A stretch of 64,000 nucleotides of DNA from Batkoa obscura (GCA_030770535.1 JASVEC010000017.1:248001-312000), one strand, 5' to 3'; positions 52,725 to 64,000 are shown, numbered from the stretch's first letter. The notes: generated by a model from the letters alone, not told the origin. Translations and numbers: made by a program.

Positions 52725-52918
52725 AAGGATATTTTTTTTGTTTAAGAATTTTACTAACAATCTTTCCGCTGAAATAGTGCTTAAAAAATCGAAAAAGTGA
52801 TAAAATCAAAAAAACATCTGGGGGTGTTTTTTTTGGCTTCATTATTTTTTCCATCTTTTAAGCACTATTTCAGCGGAAAGATTGTTAGTAAAATTCTTAA
52901 ACAAAAAAATACTTCCCC
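52725..52918. mobile_element. Two nested M1 MITEs (old minus-strand copy; younger plus-strand copy 52820-52918)
   Basis: The younger copy has an ATCT TSD inside the TIR of the older copy. Confidence 0.85.
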
Positions 52919-52921
52919 ATC

Positions 52922-53385
52922 TGTGAAATATTGCTTTATTTAGCTCTCGGATTGATTATAACATAACAATCACTTAAGTTGTTGTGTTCTCAAGTTCAAA
53001 CACAATCAAGCCAGAGTCTCTTATTTTGATTTGCTGCGAGAATTTCTAACTTCATATTGCAAGGAATAATATCTTCTCGTTTTGATATCCATACTTGTTG
53101 GAGTATAAAAGAGATTCTTCAATATGATAACTCAAGGCTTTTTAATTGGATTACTCCCTGATAACGTATCATTAATAAAGTCACTAAGTCTTTCTGACAA
53201 CATCTGATATAGATTTTATAGTAGTATCTTCCATTGTATTTGTTTTACATAATTCATAGCTTACTACATACTATTTCTATTAAGTTAAGTATATCTTAGT
53301 TACATAAACTAAGACCCTTCGACTCAAGGGAAGTTAATTAAGCAAGAGTAGTTTTAACTTCGACCACTAAGTATCAACTTTCACA
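52922..53385 (+). mobile_element. Solo-LTR-like element (464 bp)
   Basis: TGTGAAA...TTTCACA termini, TATAAAA at ~53104 followed by AATAAA at ~53174, CCATC on both sides. Confidence 0.85.
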
Positions 53386-53731
53386 CCATCTTTATATTTA
53401 AAGTTTGTAAACTAGTTTTCAAGTTTTGAATATATATTATTTTATATTTTATTATCACCCAAATACTTGAATTTATTCTAATAAAGTAATTATTTTAGTT
53501 ATAAAATTTATTAGTTTAAATTTAACCAAAAGCTTATAACTTTTCTATTTTTTATCTTTTTGTTTTTTATTTTTTGTTTTTTATTTATTTAATAAAAATA
53601 ATACAGAAGTAATAAACAATTATAAGTAAACAAAAGTGTTTAAATAAAGAACATTATTAATATAATAACTTAAAATTATAATTTGCATTTTAGTTTAAGC
53701 TATAAAAAAATAAAAAGTAATAATATTCAAT

Positions 53732-54188
53732 TGTGAAATATTGCTTTATCAGTTCTCAGATTAATTATAAGATAATAATCATTTAACTTGTTTACAAAGC
53801 TAGTGGTAGTCTTGTAATCAATTTGACCGTAAATCATATAGTATAATCAATCCATAGTTCCTTGTTTTGATTTGCTGTGACAATTCTAACTTCACATTGC
53901 AAAGAATATAAAAGAGATTCTTCAACATGATAACTCAAGGCTTTTTAATTGAATTACTCCCTGATATCGTACCATTAATAAAGCCACTAAGTCTTTTTGA
54001 CAATATCTTACGTAGGTTTTACAGTAATATCTTCTATTCTATTTGTTTTTACATAGTTCGTAGCTTATTACGTATTATTCCTATTCATTTAAGTCTATCT
54101 TAGTTATATAAACTAAGACCGTTCGACTCAAAGCAAGTTAATCAAGCAAGAACTGCTTTTAACTCCAATCACTGAGTACCCTTTCACA
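53732..54188 (+). mobile_element. Solo-LTR-like element, divergent subfamily
   Basis: Same termini and 3' body as 52922; 5' part matches the reverse complement of 8204-8275; no TSD seen. Confidence 0.8.
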
Positions 54189-54455
54189 CCTGGTTGTTTT
54201 ATATTAATTGTAAAAAATTGAAAATTTGAAAAAAAGCTTATAAAAACTTATTGAAAAAGTGTATAAAAAATAAAAAGTAGTTATTTAATAAAACATAAAA
54301 TTATATTAATAAAAAAATATAAGTGTAAAAATAATTATATATATCAAATACTATCTAATATGACTAAATAAAAATTATTTTATAACAAAAAGCTAAGGAT
54401 ATAAATTTAGTTTAAATTTTAGCTTAAAATTTAGTTACATAATAGACCATTATAT

Positions 54456-54551
54456 GGGGGTATTTCTGTATTTAATAATTTTACTAATAATTTTCCACTC
54501 AAATAGTACTTAAAAGATGGAAAAAGTGATAAAGCCAAAAAAAACATCCCC
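54456..54551 (-). mobile_element. MITE M1 copy
   Basis: M1 consensus sequence. Confidence 0.85.
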
Positions 54552-54759
54552 ATAACGTTGTATTAACTGTTATTTGTAGTATTATGATTTTAAATAAAAT
54601 TAATAACTAATAAGCTTTAAATTATATAATTCAAATAAACTTTAATTTATAAGTATAAAGTATAATAAAAAAATAAGCTATATAAAATAATAAAAATAGT
54701 TAAAAAATAAGTTAAACAATATATATAAGTTTCAATATAAAAACAAAATGCAATGATAT

Positions 54760-55223
54760 TGTGAAAGTTGATACTTAGTGGTCGAAGTTAAAACTACTCT
54801 TGCTTAATTAACTTCCCTTGAGTCGAAGGGTCTTAGTTTATGTAACTAAGATATACTTAACTTAATAGAAATAGTATGTAGTAAGCTATGAATTATGTAA
54901 AACAAATACAATGGAAGATACTACTATAAAATCTATATCAGATGTTGTCAGAAAGACTTAGTGACTTTATTAATGATACGTTATCAGGGAGTAATCCAAT
55001 TAAAAAGCCTTGAGTTATCATATTGAAGAATCTCTTTTATACTCCAACAAGTATGGATATCAAAACGAGAAGATATTATTCCTTGCAATATGAAGTTAGA
55101 AATTCTCGCAGCAAATCAAAATAAGAGACTCTGGCTTGATTGTGTTTGAACTTGAGAACACAACAACTTAAGTGATTGTTATGTTATAATCAATCCGAGA
55201 GCTAAATAAAGCAATATTTCACA
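54760..55223 (-). mobile_element. Solo-LTR-like element (464 bp)
   Basis: Apparently exact reverse complement of 52922-53385; TSD ATAT/ATAT. Confidence 0.85.
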
Positions 55224-55605
55224 ATATTTAAATAATTAAAATAATTAAAAATTAAAATAACCTTATTAAAATTAAGCATAAAATTTTATAAAAATATTAT
55301 TTTTATTGCTTATAATTTTAATAATAATTAAAAACAAGCTTGTAATAATTATTAAGGTTTAATTGAAATCAAATAAATTTGCTAATAATTTGACTTTATA
55401 TATCTATCTATCTTATAAAGTTAAAAAAATTTTAAAAAAGAAAAAAAGAAACAAAAATTTATTAAATAATATTTCCTAAGTTAAAATAAAATCAATTTTA
55501 TAAATTATAAAAATACTAAAAAATAAAAAATATATAAATGTTTGTATTTATATTTAAAAAAATGAAATTTTGATTAAATATTAAATTAGCTTAAATTTTT
55601 TAGAA

Positions 55606-56361
55606 ATAAAATTTGGGGGTGTTTTTTTGGTTTCATCACTTTTTCCATCTTTTAAGTACTATTTGAGTGGAAAGATTGTTAGTAGAATTGTTAAATACAA
55701 AATACATCCCCATTTAAATTATTCTCATTTTAACTTGCTTTACTTGATTTAGTAATTAATACTTTTATTTGTCTTACTGTTAATATTTTTACCAAAAATA
55801 TATAATTTTATTACTAAGATAAAACTGGTATTAAAGTTATTTTTGGTTTTTATCAAAATCTAATTAGATAATAAATATAGTTATTAGATCTATAAAAGCA
55901 TTTATTGTTCAGAAGGTACCACTTGCCCAGTTAATTTTGCTCCAGTTTATCCTACTAAAAGTAGATATTAAGTTAATAATATATCTTATGTCAGAAAAGA
56001 ACAATAGTTTTATCATCTTTTTAAACACTTTTGTTAATTTTTTAAAACTTCCCTTTAATTAGATCTCACTAAATATGTTAATAATTCAAATAAATCAGCT
56101 ACTGCTCGTAAGCGTAAAGTTAAACAGATTATAGTTTCAATAAAAGACAATAAAATAGTTTTAAATACTAATGATGTCAAAAAATTGATAATCAAAGTAT
56201 AAGATAGTTGTGACACTTCTGTTCCTTCCTTTGCCCCATAGTATTCTATTTAATATTTATCATTAACCTACTTAGTTGTTTTTTAGCCCCATCTACACTA
56301 ACATTGAAGGCATTAACTGCTATGGGAGAAAGACACAAAGTTATTGAAACAGCAAATTTAG
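55606..56361 (+). pseudogene. Decayed third paralog of the 8-Cys secreted orphan gene
   Basis: Alignable segments (AAGATAAAACTGGT, TATTGTTCAGAAGGTACC, TTTGCTCCAGTTTATCCTACTAAA, TGTGACACTTCTGTTCCTTCCTTTGCCCC); ATG>ATA, stops, indels, MITE insertion. Confidence 0.85.
55615..55711 (+). mobile_element. MITE M1 copy inserted in the first codons of the pseudogene
   Basis: M1 consensus sequence, TSD ATTT/ATTT. Confidence 0.9.
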
Positions 56362-56576
56362 CATTTAAAAAATACACTAAATGTTTTGTCTTTAATAGAT
56401 TGAATATTATATATATCATTTTGCTCTTTCTTAATAAAATAATGATTAGTGAAACTAATTCTGCTTTTGCTTGATATTGTCTATTAGTTTAATTTAAAAC
56501 TATAATATTTATAATTGAACTATTTTTTGTACCTTTTTCCGATGTGTTCATAATAATAAAAATAACCCCTCCAATT

Positions 56577-56675
56577 GGGGATGTATTTTTATGTTTAAGA
56601 ATTTTACTAACAATTTTTCCACTCAAATAGCGCTTAAAAAATGGAAAAAGTAATGAGACCAAAAAAAACATCCCC
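56577..56675 (-). mobile_element. MITE M1 copy
   Basis: M1 consensus sequence, TSD AATT/AATT. Confidence 0.9.
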
Positions 56676-56801
56676 AATTATAAGTTGAAAACGCTATAAA
56701 ATATAAAATAGTTGATATTAAAGTCATAAAGTAAATTTAAATTAAGTTTTTATTTAATATTTAAGGTTCAGTAATTAAATGTAATAATAGTGCTATTATA
56801 A

Positions 56802-58865
56802 TTAGAGCTCGATTTTGTATGGATTAGTGTAGTTGATCCATTTAGCAGACCAAGCAAGGTTCTCATGCATCCATTTAAGCGAATTAGCATTCTTAAGAAC
56901 CCAATGATTTTCATCTTCAAAGTAAAGAAATCTAGATGGAACACCTTTACGTTGAAGAGCAGTAAAAACACTAATGCCTTCAGAATCAACAATACGATAG
57001 TCTTTACCGCCATGAATGACTAAGGCAGGAGTTTTCCAGTTTTCAACAAAATTAGCAGGAGAGAATTTTTCAGTAGTTTCTTTGGCTTTTTTAGACCATC
57101 CTACACCACCAAATTCATTTTCTATGAAGAAAAGTTCTTCAGTGTTATAAAATCTCCCTGCAACATTGAAAGTACCATCATGAATTACAAGTGCCTTAAA
57201 ACGATCAGTATTACCATTAATATAATTCATCATATAACCACCATAAGATGCTCCCCAAGCAACCACTTTTTGACAGTCTAAGAAGCTATATTTAGCAAGT
57301 GCATAATCAAGGCCTTTCATTAAGTCCTCAAATGGATACGAACCCCAATTTTGGAGAATAGATTGAGTAAACTTATTACCCCATCCCGGAGAACCATGGA
57401 AATTAATAGCAACAACCACATAACCAGCATTAGCAGGGATTTGATAATTCCAACGAGTTGACCAATTATCATTGAAAGAAGATTCGGGTCCACCGTGTAC
57501 CCAAAACATAACTGGGTATTTTTTCTTTGGGTCAAAACCTGGTGGTTTAATCAAAAAGCCTTGAACCCTTTCTTTTAAAGCGCCAATAAAATAAAATGGC
57601 TCGTAACCATTGAATTTAAAAGTATCAAGAAATTTGACATTGATATCGGAAACAAGTTTAAGCTCATTATTGTTTTTACTCAAAGAATAGACTTCATTGG
57701 GACTCTTAGTGGATGCTTTAACAATTAAGAATTTGTCTTTATATTCAGCTAATAGACTTGAAGTTCCAGTCTTTACAATAGCTTTGTATTGTTGAGTTTT
57801 GATATTGAATTCAAACAATTTATTGTGTCCATCATCAGATAAACCAAGGTAAAGAGAGTTACCGTCATTGGAAAAAGTAAAGCTACCTGGCTGTGCATCC
57901 CATTTATGGTTCAATACTTTTCTACTTTTTGTTTTAATGTCATATAAAGTAATTAATCCTTTATCAGATTCATTATTATCTGCAGTCATTTGTACCCAAG
58001 CAAGGTATTTGCCATCTGGTGAAAACTTAGGACTCGAAATAGCGCCCAATCCTTTTTCAGAGATTAACTCAAGTTTAGGCTCACCAGTAGTAGCGACAAG
58101 GTAAAGTTCAAGCGTAGTTTTCCAAGCTTGAGTTCTAGTATCTGGACGAGTAACAAAAGCAACCAATTTGCCATCTGGAGAAAGGACATAGTTACTTGAA
58201 TCATAATCTGGACGAATAGGAGACTCAAGCTTAGGACTGCTTACTAAAAGATCTTTAGCTTCTGATGTAAGCTTATCTATACTTAAATCAGCAACATGAA
58301 CATGTTGATGAATGTAATCATACCATGTATCCCAATGACGAATATAAAGTTGGTCAAAAGTTTTAGCAGTACTATATTTATGTACTGATTCCTTTTCTTT
58401 TACGGAAACGCCAGTAGTAAAAATAAATTTACCGGCTTTAAAATTATACTGTGCCCCCTTTACCTCTTTATATGTAAAGTTAGTCAATTGCTTCAAAGAA
58501 CTTGCCCCAACGTTGATATCCAAAGTCCAGACATTTGGGGTTCCTGAACGAGATGAAACAAAAGCAACACGATCTTTTCCAATAAATGAGACATCTGAAA
58601 AATCGGTACTGGTTAATGGAGTGATATCACTAGCCTTTCCACTAGTAACTTCTAAAAGACTAATTTTGGTGGTTTTCTTATTAGTTTCTTTATCGTAAGT
58701 GGTAGCGGAATAGATTACTTTGTCACCATCTAAAGAAGGAGCAAAGAAACCTGGACGGGCCATAGTTACTAAATCACTTGGAGTAAAAACCTTTCCTTGG
58801 GCTAATACATTGGAACCACCAACTAGAGCAATTACAAATAAAACAACTGAAGACTTGAAATTCAT
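56802..58865 (-). CDS. DPP5: Secreted dipeptidyl-peptidase V (S9C), intronless
   Basis: Signal peptide, YIRHWDTW, HGGPES, GASYGG nucleophile motif, HGGKDYR and DENHW. Confidence 0.95.
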   Translation of the reverse strand: MNFKSSVVLFVIALVGGSNVLAQGKVFTPSDLVTMARPGFFAPSLDGDKVIYSATTYDKETNKKTTKISLLEVTSGKASDITPLTSTDFSDVSFIGKDRVAFVSSRSGTPNVWTLDINVGASSLKQLTNFTYKEVKGAQYNFKAGKFIFTTGVSVKEKESVHKYSTAKTFDQLYIRHWDTWYDYIHQHVHVADLSIDKLTSEAKDLLVSSPKLESPIRPDYDSSNYVLSPDGKLVAFVTRPDTRTQAWKTTLELYLVATTGEPKLELISEKGLGAISSPKFSPDGKYLAWVQMTADNNESDKGLITLYDIKTKSRKVLNHKWDAQPGSFTFSNDGNSLYLGLSDDGHNKLFEFNIKTQQYKAIVKTGTSSLLAEYKDKFLIVKASTKSPNEVYSLSKNNNELKLVSDINVKFLDTFKFNGYEPFYFIGALKERVQGFLIKPPGFDPKKKYPVMFWVHGGPESSFNDNWSTRWNYQIPANAGYVVVAINFHGSPGWGNKFTQSILQNWGSYPFEDLMKGLDYALAKYSFLDCQKVVAWGASYGGYMMNYINGNTDRFKALVIHDGTFNVAGRFYNTEELFFIENEFGGVGWSKKAKETTEKFSPANFVENWKTPALVIHGGKDYRIVDSEGISVFTALQRKGVPSRFLYFEDENHWVLKNANSLKWMHENLAWSAKWINYTNPYKIEL

Positions 58866-60869
58866 TATGGAAATTAGTTAGACCAAAAAACTGTAATAAA
58901 AATTGTATTAAGCAAGGATTAAAATTGATCTGCTTTATGAAGACTCGATTTGGTGTATCTCTTCTTTTTTATAGCATTTATTTCTAACTTCTTACTAAAA
59001 GATCGAACAACCACGGGGCTCATCATGGGTTTAAATTTTTGATTTATTCTTTTATCACAGGTTTTTAGCTAATAAAAGTAACTTCATTTTTAAAGCTATA
59101 CTTACAGTAATAAGATTATGTGGTATACTAGCCCTCTGTTTAAAGGTATGTCGCAATTTCATAATAAAATCAAAGGAACACATGAATTAAGAAATAACAA
59201 AATAAACGGAGTGGCTATTAGTTTAATGAACACAGCATTGCTGCATGGACTAAGAACATTGCGTTTTTTCTCATAAAATGATAAATAATGAGAATATTTA
59301 TTTGATAGTTCTTACAAAAAGTCTCACAAGCGGAAAAACAAATCCTCATTATTACTATATTTATTCACAATATAGCTAATATGATCATTTTAGTTTTAAG
59401 AATAAAACTGCTGTTTTTTATGTAAGTATCCTAAAATATCATTGGTTATATTGTTGTAGAATTATCTATTAAGTTATCGCTTTGATTTAGTAGAATCTCT
59501 ACAGTTTGTAAACATTAACTTCTATATTATTTAAAAGTATGCCTTTTGTATAATTATTATGTGAAATACCAAGTTTGTATCGATTTTTACTTCAGACTTT
59601 TTAAAGCTACATAGTACAGTAAAGGCATTGTGTTAACCTTTTATTTTATACATTCTTTGATTAAACTTTGCTGCCATCTATCACAAACTCAAAGTATTTT
59701 CCTTTCTTTTAATAGTTTTGTAAAATTCTAGTAAACATATATTTATACATTTACAAATAGTTTGATTACTTTATTAATTTGAATTGCTAGAAAAAAGATA
59801 TCTTTTGATAAACAAATATATTGGCAAAATAAAAAACAGAACGCCCATTTATTTATACTACACATCATCCTTTTCAAGGTTGCTATATTATTGTGAATAT
59901 CAACTAACGTACAATGTTTTTATAATTTGGTATAAGTTTAATATAAGGCACCTTATTAAAAAATTCTGAAAAAATTATAATATTACATAATCACAAGGTT
60001 TTTTATAGCAAGTTTTGCTAACTCCTAGCTTTTAAAGTGTCCTTATTTTATCAATATAAATGTAATTTATGCTCTTTGATTTTCGATAAAATTTATCTAA
60101 TAAAATTTAGAATCTATTACATATTAAAATTTAAAACTAAGAAAGTTTAATAAAAAATATAGTACTTTTGTAATATAATGTATTTAAGACGTTTTAATTA
60201 AATCATAAAATTTGTTTCGTAATAAATTAAAGGAATAAAAACATAATTTAAAATATTTAATATTTTAACTTTATTGAATTCAATTAAACGGTTTTGGCTT
60301 TTAATAGCAATTTATTAAATGGTAAAAGAATAATTTGATCATATGCTAGGTATAAAAATAAATCCAAAATATAGATTCAATATATTAGGAAGCTAGACTT
60401 TTACTTTTCATTATTACATAAAAGTATTAAAAGAAAATATAGTGTTTTTTTGCAAGAATTTTAACTAATAATGTTTTTAAATTTTGCTCCCAAAAAAGTG
60501 CTCGAAATACTGGAAAATTTCTTACCGAATTTTATCCAACATTGTATACTATAGATTAAATTTTAGGTTTTGAGGTTTCATTAAAGATGGGCTTTACAAT
60601 TCTTTTATAAAAGTTTAAGTAATACAACGCATTTAAGATAATTGCTATTACTGATAATAATAATAATAATAATAATAATAAAAGTTCTTATGTCAACTTT
60701 TACTACTTTATTTTTTTTCCTTAACACTTCACAAATTAATCTTCTTAATCTGCCAAAATTTTACAGCCAATCAAATCAGATCTTACTTTTTTGAGTCAGA
60801 TAAATGGGTATAAAGCAGGTCAGGTTTTAAATCCTTTTTACTAGCCTTTTGGGGTATATTTATAACAAG

Positions 60870-61984
60870 ATGGTAAATTTAGTATGGCATCCATCTAGAA
60901 ACAGTGCACTTACATCCTTTTCGAACAGACTTTTGTAAAGAACATTAAGAACAAGGCTTACTTCAAGCGTTTCCAAACTAAATTCCGTAGAAGAAGAGGT
61001 AATAATTTTTACATTTATAAAACTATCACGGATATGATGATCTTGATTAATGCATAGTTCATCTGAAGCTTTATGTTGAATAATCCATCAAATTGTCTTT
61101 CGCTCCTATCTGATGAAATTATAATATAAAACAAAACAATTAAGAATATCATACTAATTCTATTTATTATAGAGGGAAAAACTGATTACTATGCTCGTAA
61201 GAAGTTAGTTGTTCAATATAAGAACAAATACAACTCTCCAAAATACAGATTAGTTGTTCGTTTCACCAACAAAGATATCATCTGTCAAGTTGTATACGCC
61301 AAGATCCAAGGTGACTTTGTTTTAGCTGCTGCTTACTCTCATGAACTTCCAAAATACGGTATCAAGGTTGGTCTTACCAATTGGTCCGCTGCTTATGCCA
61401 CTGGTTTACTTGTTGCCCGTCGTGTTCTCAAGAAACTTAAGCTTGATGAAACCTACGAAGGTGTCACTGAACCAGATGGTACCTTAGTCCTTACTGAGCC
61501 TGCTGAAGATGCTCCTCGTCCATTCAAATGTTTCTTAGATGTAGGTCTTCAACGTACCTCCACTGGTGCCCGTGTATTCGGTGCCATGAAAGGTGCTTCC
61601 GATGGTGGTCTCTTTGTACCTCACTCCGAAAACCGTTTCCCAGGTTATGATGCTTCATCCAAAGAACTTGACGCTGAAGTTTTACGTGAATACATCTATG
61701 GTGGTCATGTAGCCGAATATATGCGTTATCTTGAAGAAGATGATGAAGAGCGTTATAAAGAACAATTCGCTACCTATATTGCTGAAGGTATTGACGCCGA
61801 TGCTATTGAAGATATGTACACTGAAGCCCACGAAAAGATTCGTGAAGATCCAGAACATGTCAAGAAAGAACGTGAAACTTATGGTTCTCTTGTTCCAATC
61901 AAGAAGCGTCTTACTTATGCTCAACGCAAACACAAGATCCAACAAAAGATCCAACATGCCCAAAAGTTGGCCACCCAACAATAA
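60870..61984 (+). CDS. RPL5: 60S ribosomal protein L5 (uL18); exons 60870-60872, 60930-60998, 61174-61984
   Basis: [42 protein letters not shown] and [12 protein letters not shown]. Confidence 0.98.
61029..61116 (+). ncRNA. snR60: Intronic box C/D snoRNA, snR60/SNORD80-like double guide
   Basis: Box C ATGATGA 61034-61040, D' CTGA 61063-61066, D CTGA 61110-61113. Guide GCATAGTTCA complements LSU rRNA UGAACUAUGC; guide GTCTTTCGCTCCTAT complements AUAGGGGCGAAAGAC. Confidence 0.9.
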
Positions 61985-62436
61985 TTTTTTATTTAAGATT
62001 AAAAATCTCAAAAATAATATTTCACAAAATAAATTAATTTCCTGTTTTACTTTATTTGTACTAACATACGTACATCATGTATTTAATAAACGCATACGTC
62101 TCTAAATTAGCATATATTTCACTTATGGTGAATTTAACTTAATATTGTTTGTAGTATGAATTATTTTAATGATAATATTACAGTTTTTTTAGTATTTTAT
62201 GTCATAATTTTACATAATGACTTTCGAAACAAATTTTATTTTAATAAACTGTTAATTTTCTTATATGGTAATTTTGAAATTGGCCTATTTCTTGTTTCAG
62301 TTCTATCAACACAATTTAAAAAATGTTACAAATTATTTTTATCTTTCTAATCATTTAATCTGCCCAATCAAACAATTCTTATCAAAATTTGGGAGGTTAA
62401 AAAGCAACTGTTTTTAAAAAAGCATGCTCTTAATTA

Positions 62437-64000
62437 ATGGCGACTTTAGACGAATATAAGGCATACTCACCAACTTGGCCTGGAATAGGATCACAGATAG
62501 CTGTGTCTGCTTCAATATCATTAGCTTGTTTAGGGGTGCATGAGTTATTTCGTAAACGTTCCGATTTTCGTCATTTATTTTCAGCTAGATGTTATTTACC
62601 AAAGTAACTAATTTATTTAAATAGTAAATTAATCCTCACAATTTTAGAAATCCATCACCACCACCATCGAAGCAACTTTTGGGTTGGGCAAGGACAATAT
62701 GGAGAATTGAAGAAACATTTATATTGCATAACGTTGGTTTAGATGCTGTACTGTATTTAAGAGCTTTGAAGCTGATTTTTCAAGTAATGATATTTTTAAC
62801 TGTGATAGTGATGCCTATATTGTTACCTGTGAATTATTTCAATGATGGAGTACCAGAAGGAGTAAAGGGAACAGTTCAAGAGTTTTCAATTACTGGTGTT
62901 GGAAAAGGATCGAACAAATTTTGGGTTCATACTTTGTTAAGTTCCGTCATCTCTTTAGTTGTTCTATACTTAATTTATAAAAACACAGTCGATTTTGTAC
63001 AACTTAGGCGTATTCATTTTCTAAAAGAAGCCAATGACGGAAATCCTAGATGTAGAACTGTCATGGTTACCAATATACCAGAAGTATTATGTGATGAGGT
63101 TAGGCTAAGAGACCATTTCGAATCTTTAGGTCTTGGACAAGTTCATTGTGTACAATTATTAAAGTATCCGCATAAATTGATTGACTATATGGGACGTAGG
63201 AAAAAAGCTTTAATCGGATTGGAAACTGCGCATACAGAGTTGGCAAGAAACCTTTTATTAGCAGTAAAAGAAGGACACTTACTAGAAGAAGCCTTTTTAA
63301 AATATGATAATGGTTGGGAGTATCAACAAATTAATCAATATCTTAGAGATCCACAAAGATTTTCAAATGCCATTTGCTCAGAAGAGACAAAATTAAAATT
63401 GATGTTACAAACTTCAATTGAATCAGAAACTATAAGTATTTGGGATATAATATTAAGACTTAATTATCAAATATTAGCACCTTTTCATCCATATCATCGT
63501 ACTGGATATAAAACAGGAAAAAGGTGTCAATCAATCAGCTATTTTTATAATAAAATTATTATTTTAGATAGACGCATAAATAAGTTAAGAAACGAAAACG
63601 AAGATGATAAAGATAGTAGCCAGCATTTATATAGTGACGTTACTTCTACAGGGTTTGTAACATTTGCAAACCCTGCTTCTGCTCAACTTTGCGCACAATC
63701 TATCATTCATCCTTCTATTAACAAGTGTCAAACTTATTTAGCACCCGAACCTAAAGATATTTTATGGAAAAACCATACCATGTCTAAATCTTCAAAACTA
63801 ATAAGAAAAGTGTTAGTCAATGTTATTACATGGATTTTAATCATTGCTTGGCTTATTCCTGTAATTCCTTTACTTTCATTGGTATCTTTTGACTCTCTTT
63901 CATTGACATACCCTGAGCTTGCAAAGTTTGGCCGTAATTATCCTTTAGCACAATCGCTACTTCAAACCTTGGTACCAGCAACGTTGTTAGCTATTTTCAT
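62437..64000 (+). CDS. CSC1/OSCA/TMEM63 (RSN1-like) channel, 5' part, runs off the window
   Basis: VGLDAVLYLR, ILLPVNYF, RTVMVTNIP, TGFVTF and LAPEPKDILW; intron ~62604-62648. Confidence 0.92.

Overview
Very AT-rich eukaryotic genomic DNA with short GT-AG introns and fungal-type proteins. It most likely comes from an early-diverging fungus, possibly Entomophthorales-like (inference only). Housekeeping genes: CSN5, an actin-related protein, HIBCH/EHD3, PHF5A/RDS3, an OTU deubiquitinase, signal peptide peptidase, an ALDH8A1-like dehydrogenase, a LAMMER kinase, an HMG-box protein, a C2 protein, an Asterix-like protein, AAR2, CHO2, RPL5, a CSC1/OSCA channel and tRNA-His. These alternate with repeat-rich blocks holding secreted proteins (subtilisin, DPP5, Cys-rich orphans), about 16 copies of a ~98-bp MITE with 4-bp TSDs, and solo-LTR-like elements. 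Highlights: (1) A three-exon, 8-Cys secreted orphan gene occurs as an inverted pair around a 12-kb housekeeping block. Its ~1.08-kb core is almost identical between copies while the flanks are old and diverged, which suggests gene conversion. (2) A third, dead copy shows strong non-CpG C>T/G>A erosion reminiscent of RIP. (3) An snR60/SNORD80-type double-guide C/D snoRNA sits in an RPL5 intron. (4) A three-tier MITE/MITE/LTR nest. All exon boundaries and alignments were read by eye.
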